A stretch of 62,063 bases of DNA, the filler included, from Rhabdomonas costata (Eukaryota): the NCBI GenBank assembly GCA_019059605.1. It is 31 parts of 31 records of this genome, joined end to end, with 100 filler letters (N's around TTAATTAATTAA, not from the genome) between each part and the next. Parts side by side here need not be neighbours in the genome. Positions count along the whole stretch, not along the records: positions 60,159 to 62,063 come from JAHMHO010007550.1; 30 more parts are not named here. One strand, given 5' to 3'. Position numbers and translations under genes: made by a program. Positions 60,159-62,063 of the stretch are shown here, piece after piece; positions within the stretch are counted from its first letter, which is position 1; the number at the start of each line of letters is the position of its first letter. Below the pieces are notes generated by a model that saw only the letters and a list, made by a program, of their open reading frames with translations, did no database searches and was not told the origin of the DNA.

Positions 60159-62063
60159 GTGTGGTGGTGGACGCCGGGGCAGATGGCCCTGCAACCTCTT
60201 TGCGCAGGACACCGAGCCGCAGTGCGGACAGCCGCGGCTGAGCTTGAAGCGGCTCCCTTTCATTGGCGGCAGAGAGTGGTGAGCGGGCCCCCACAGATGC
60301 ACCCCCGGTGGCGGGGGTTTGCTTTGAAGCTGCACCCGCAACCACGGGCAGAGGCGTCACAAAGTTGAACGCAGCCCCTCCACTAGGAGAGCGACTAACG
60401 GTGAGCTGTGCCCCCATCAGCTCCGCCAGGCCAGCACAGTTGGCCAGGCCCAGACCCAGGCAGACGGCCGCTGTACCCTCCCCCTCCTCGTGCTCCGGGG
60501 AGTTCCCATCCAAAACCTCAAACTTGGGCTTGAACAGGCTGGAGACCTTCTCTTCCGGGATCCCCTCCCCACTGTCCTTCACAGCAAACTCAACCTGGTC
60601 CTCCTCGGGGGACCTGCTGGCACTCAGCGTGATGCAACCCTCAGAGCAGTGCTTCACGGCGTTGCGCAGCAGGCGGTTCAAGACAGCTTCCACAACGGCC
60701 CGGTCCCCACAACGGGTCTCTGCTTCAGGGGGCAGGTCAGCGCTCACCTCCAGCCAACGCCTGGCCCCGCCTCCCTCAGCTTCCCGGTTGACAATCGGCT
60801 CCCATCGGTCCTGCAAGCTTCGCAGCATTCGCCGCACGTTGAAATCTGCCGGAACGAGCGGGATTGCTTTTGCCGCAAGCCGTGCATACCACAGCAGGTC
60901 CTCAGAGCGCAAGCTGAGGGAGCACAAGCAGATACCACGTTAAGATGTACACAAAAACACACACAGGGGGGAGAATGCACCGAAGAAGACCAACGCGGAG
61001 GGATCAAATTTTCGGGGACACTTCCCGAGTGTGCCAACTCGGATTCCCTTGAAGGACACCGGATCACGGATTGACGAAGCTCTACATCGAGGTTGAAAAC
61101 CGCTCCGAAAAGCGTTGTCGTGCAGCTGCACTGAGTTTGCACCGAGGTTTACCTCAAACCAACAACTCGGTACTGCTCAGATGTTTGTTTCTGTATGCAC
61201 TCACACAGCCGTACGGAAAGCTGAATAAATCCTGAGACAAAAAAGTCACGGCAAACACCTAAGGTCCTCACAGGTCTCCAGAATGGTCCCCACCCTGGTG
61301 TCCTGCTCAGGATCAGCGAGCAGCCCTACCGTGGAGCTTATTACACCCACAGCGGAGCCCATGTTGTGAGAAACCGTGGAGATCAACCGCTGGAACGACG
61401 CCCTCTGGCGATCCTGTGAGCAGCGCGGAATCAGTGGCTCTCAATGCGGCCACAGGAAGGACGTACGCCGTCATTGCATCGGGCCGTTGTCAAGCACACA
61501 AATGCAAAATCAATGGAAGCATCGCATGCACGCACCATTTCTTCGTTAAGGTCATCCATCATGCGGAGCAAGGCGTGTATTGTTCTCGTCATGGCCTCCA
61601 CCGTGAGCATCACGGCCAGCTGACACAGGTAGGCAGCTATGACATCAAACCTGGGGACGAAAACAGAAAGAAGGGCTCCTACCACAAAAACCGCACGTGA
61701 ATACACGTCAATCTGTGTCCTGCTGCTATAGATATATACACTTTACCGGAAAGCATCCTATTCTGCGTAATATGGCCCACGGCATATCAAAAGAAAGTGT
61801 TAGGGAAAGACATCTTCTTGCATACAAAAGAATGCAAAAACGCGCAGCTCACCATATAATTTGAAGGGCGGTATCTCGAGCAGCGTCCGTGGTGCGCAGG
61901 ATGGCGACGCCGGCCAGGATGTACCACACCGTGTGCAGCGAAATCAGGATGGACATCCCCACGGCGCCCCCTCCACAAACCCGGAAGATCACTGCGGCGA
62001 ACACCACCAGGGACATCTGCAGAATCCACAGCTTACCCATCCCCGGGGCCCCCTTCCAATAAC
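60159..62063 (-). CDS. Membrane sensor histidine kinase (TM bundle - coiled coil - HisKA - HATPase_c), partial; exons 62063-61853, 61650-61536, 61413-61259, 60913-60159
   Basis: All junctions are GT-AG and in frame. H-box-like STVSHNMG, N box LLRNAVKH, G1 VKDSGEGI, F box LFKP, G2 LGLGLA. Confidence 0.92.

Noticed and set aside
60263-61074. Long plus-strand ORFs overlapping the histidine kinase
   Set aside because: Antisense shadows of a GC-rich coding exon.
2008-62063. Operon-like or functional linkage between neighbouring contigs
   Set aside because: Contigs appear grouped by length, so adjacency across spacers is meaningless. No rRNA or tRNA genes were recognised.

Overview
This is not a continuous locus. 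It is 31 unlinked contigs of about 1.9 kb joined by 30 artificial 100-nt spacers (N44-TTAATTAATTAA-N44). Most contigs start G/T-only and end C/A-only, the signature of degenerate G/T-primed whole-genome amplification, so this is probably a single-cell genome, and chimeras and point errors are expected. Most contigs are nuclear DNA of an intron-rich flagellated protist; a euglenozoan/euglenid-like identity is inferred from the gene families, not proven. Partial spliced genes I could reconstruct by hand: receptor adenylate cyclase, TBC1D32/BROMI, PRMT7/9-like, FAM135-like, an R-S-ExE ADP-ribosyltransferase, CDC14, a response-regulator receiver, an LDLa/mucin surface protein, eIF4E, ITFG2, IPT/TIG and Kelch proteins, and a membrane histidine kinase. 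Highlights: (1) a very G+T-skewed segment that under TGA=Trp reads as tightly packed, highly divergent nad7-, nad4L- and nad3-like genes, the nad3-like frame being missed by the ORF track; (2) bacterial-type citrate lyase alpha subunit (citF) split by spliceosomal introns; (3) a histidine kinase whose membrane part resembles microbial-rhodopsin helices E-G with Ala in place of the retinal Lys; (4) an AT-rich contig with mimivirus-style hairpins and an AAAATTGA promoter; (5) recurrent G|GCAT splice donors and one apparent GT-GG intron; (6) an intronless bacterial-type thioredoxin with a Shine-Dalgarno-like motif. All family calls come from motif recognition by eye; no searches were run.
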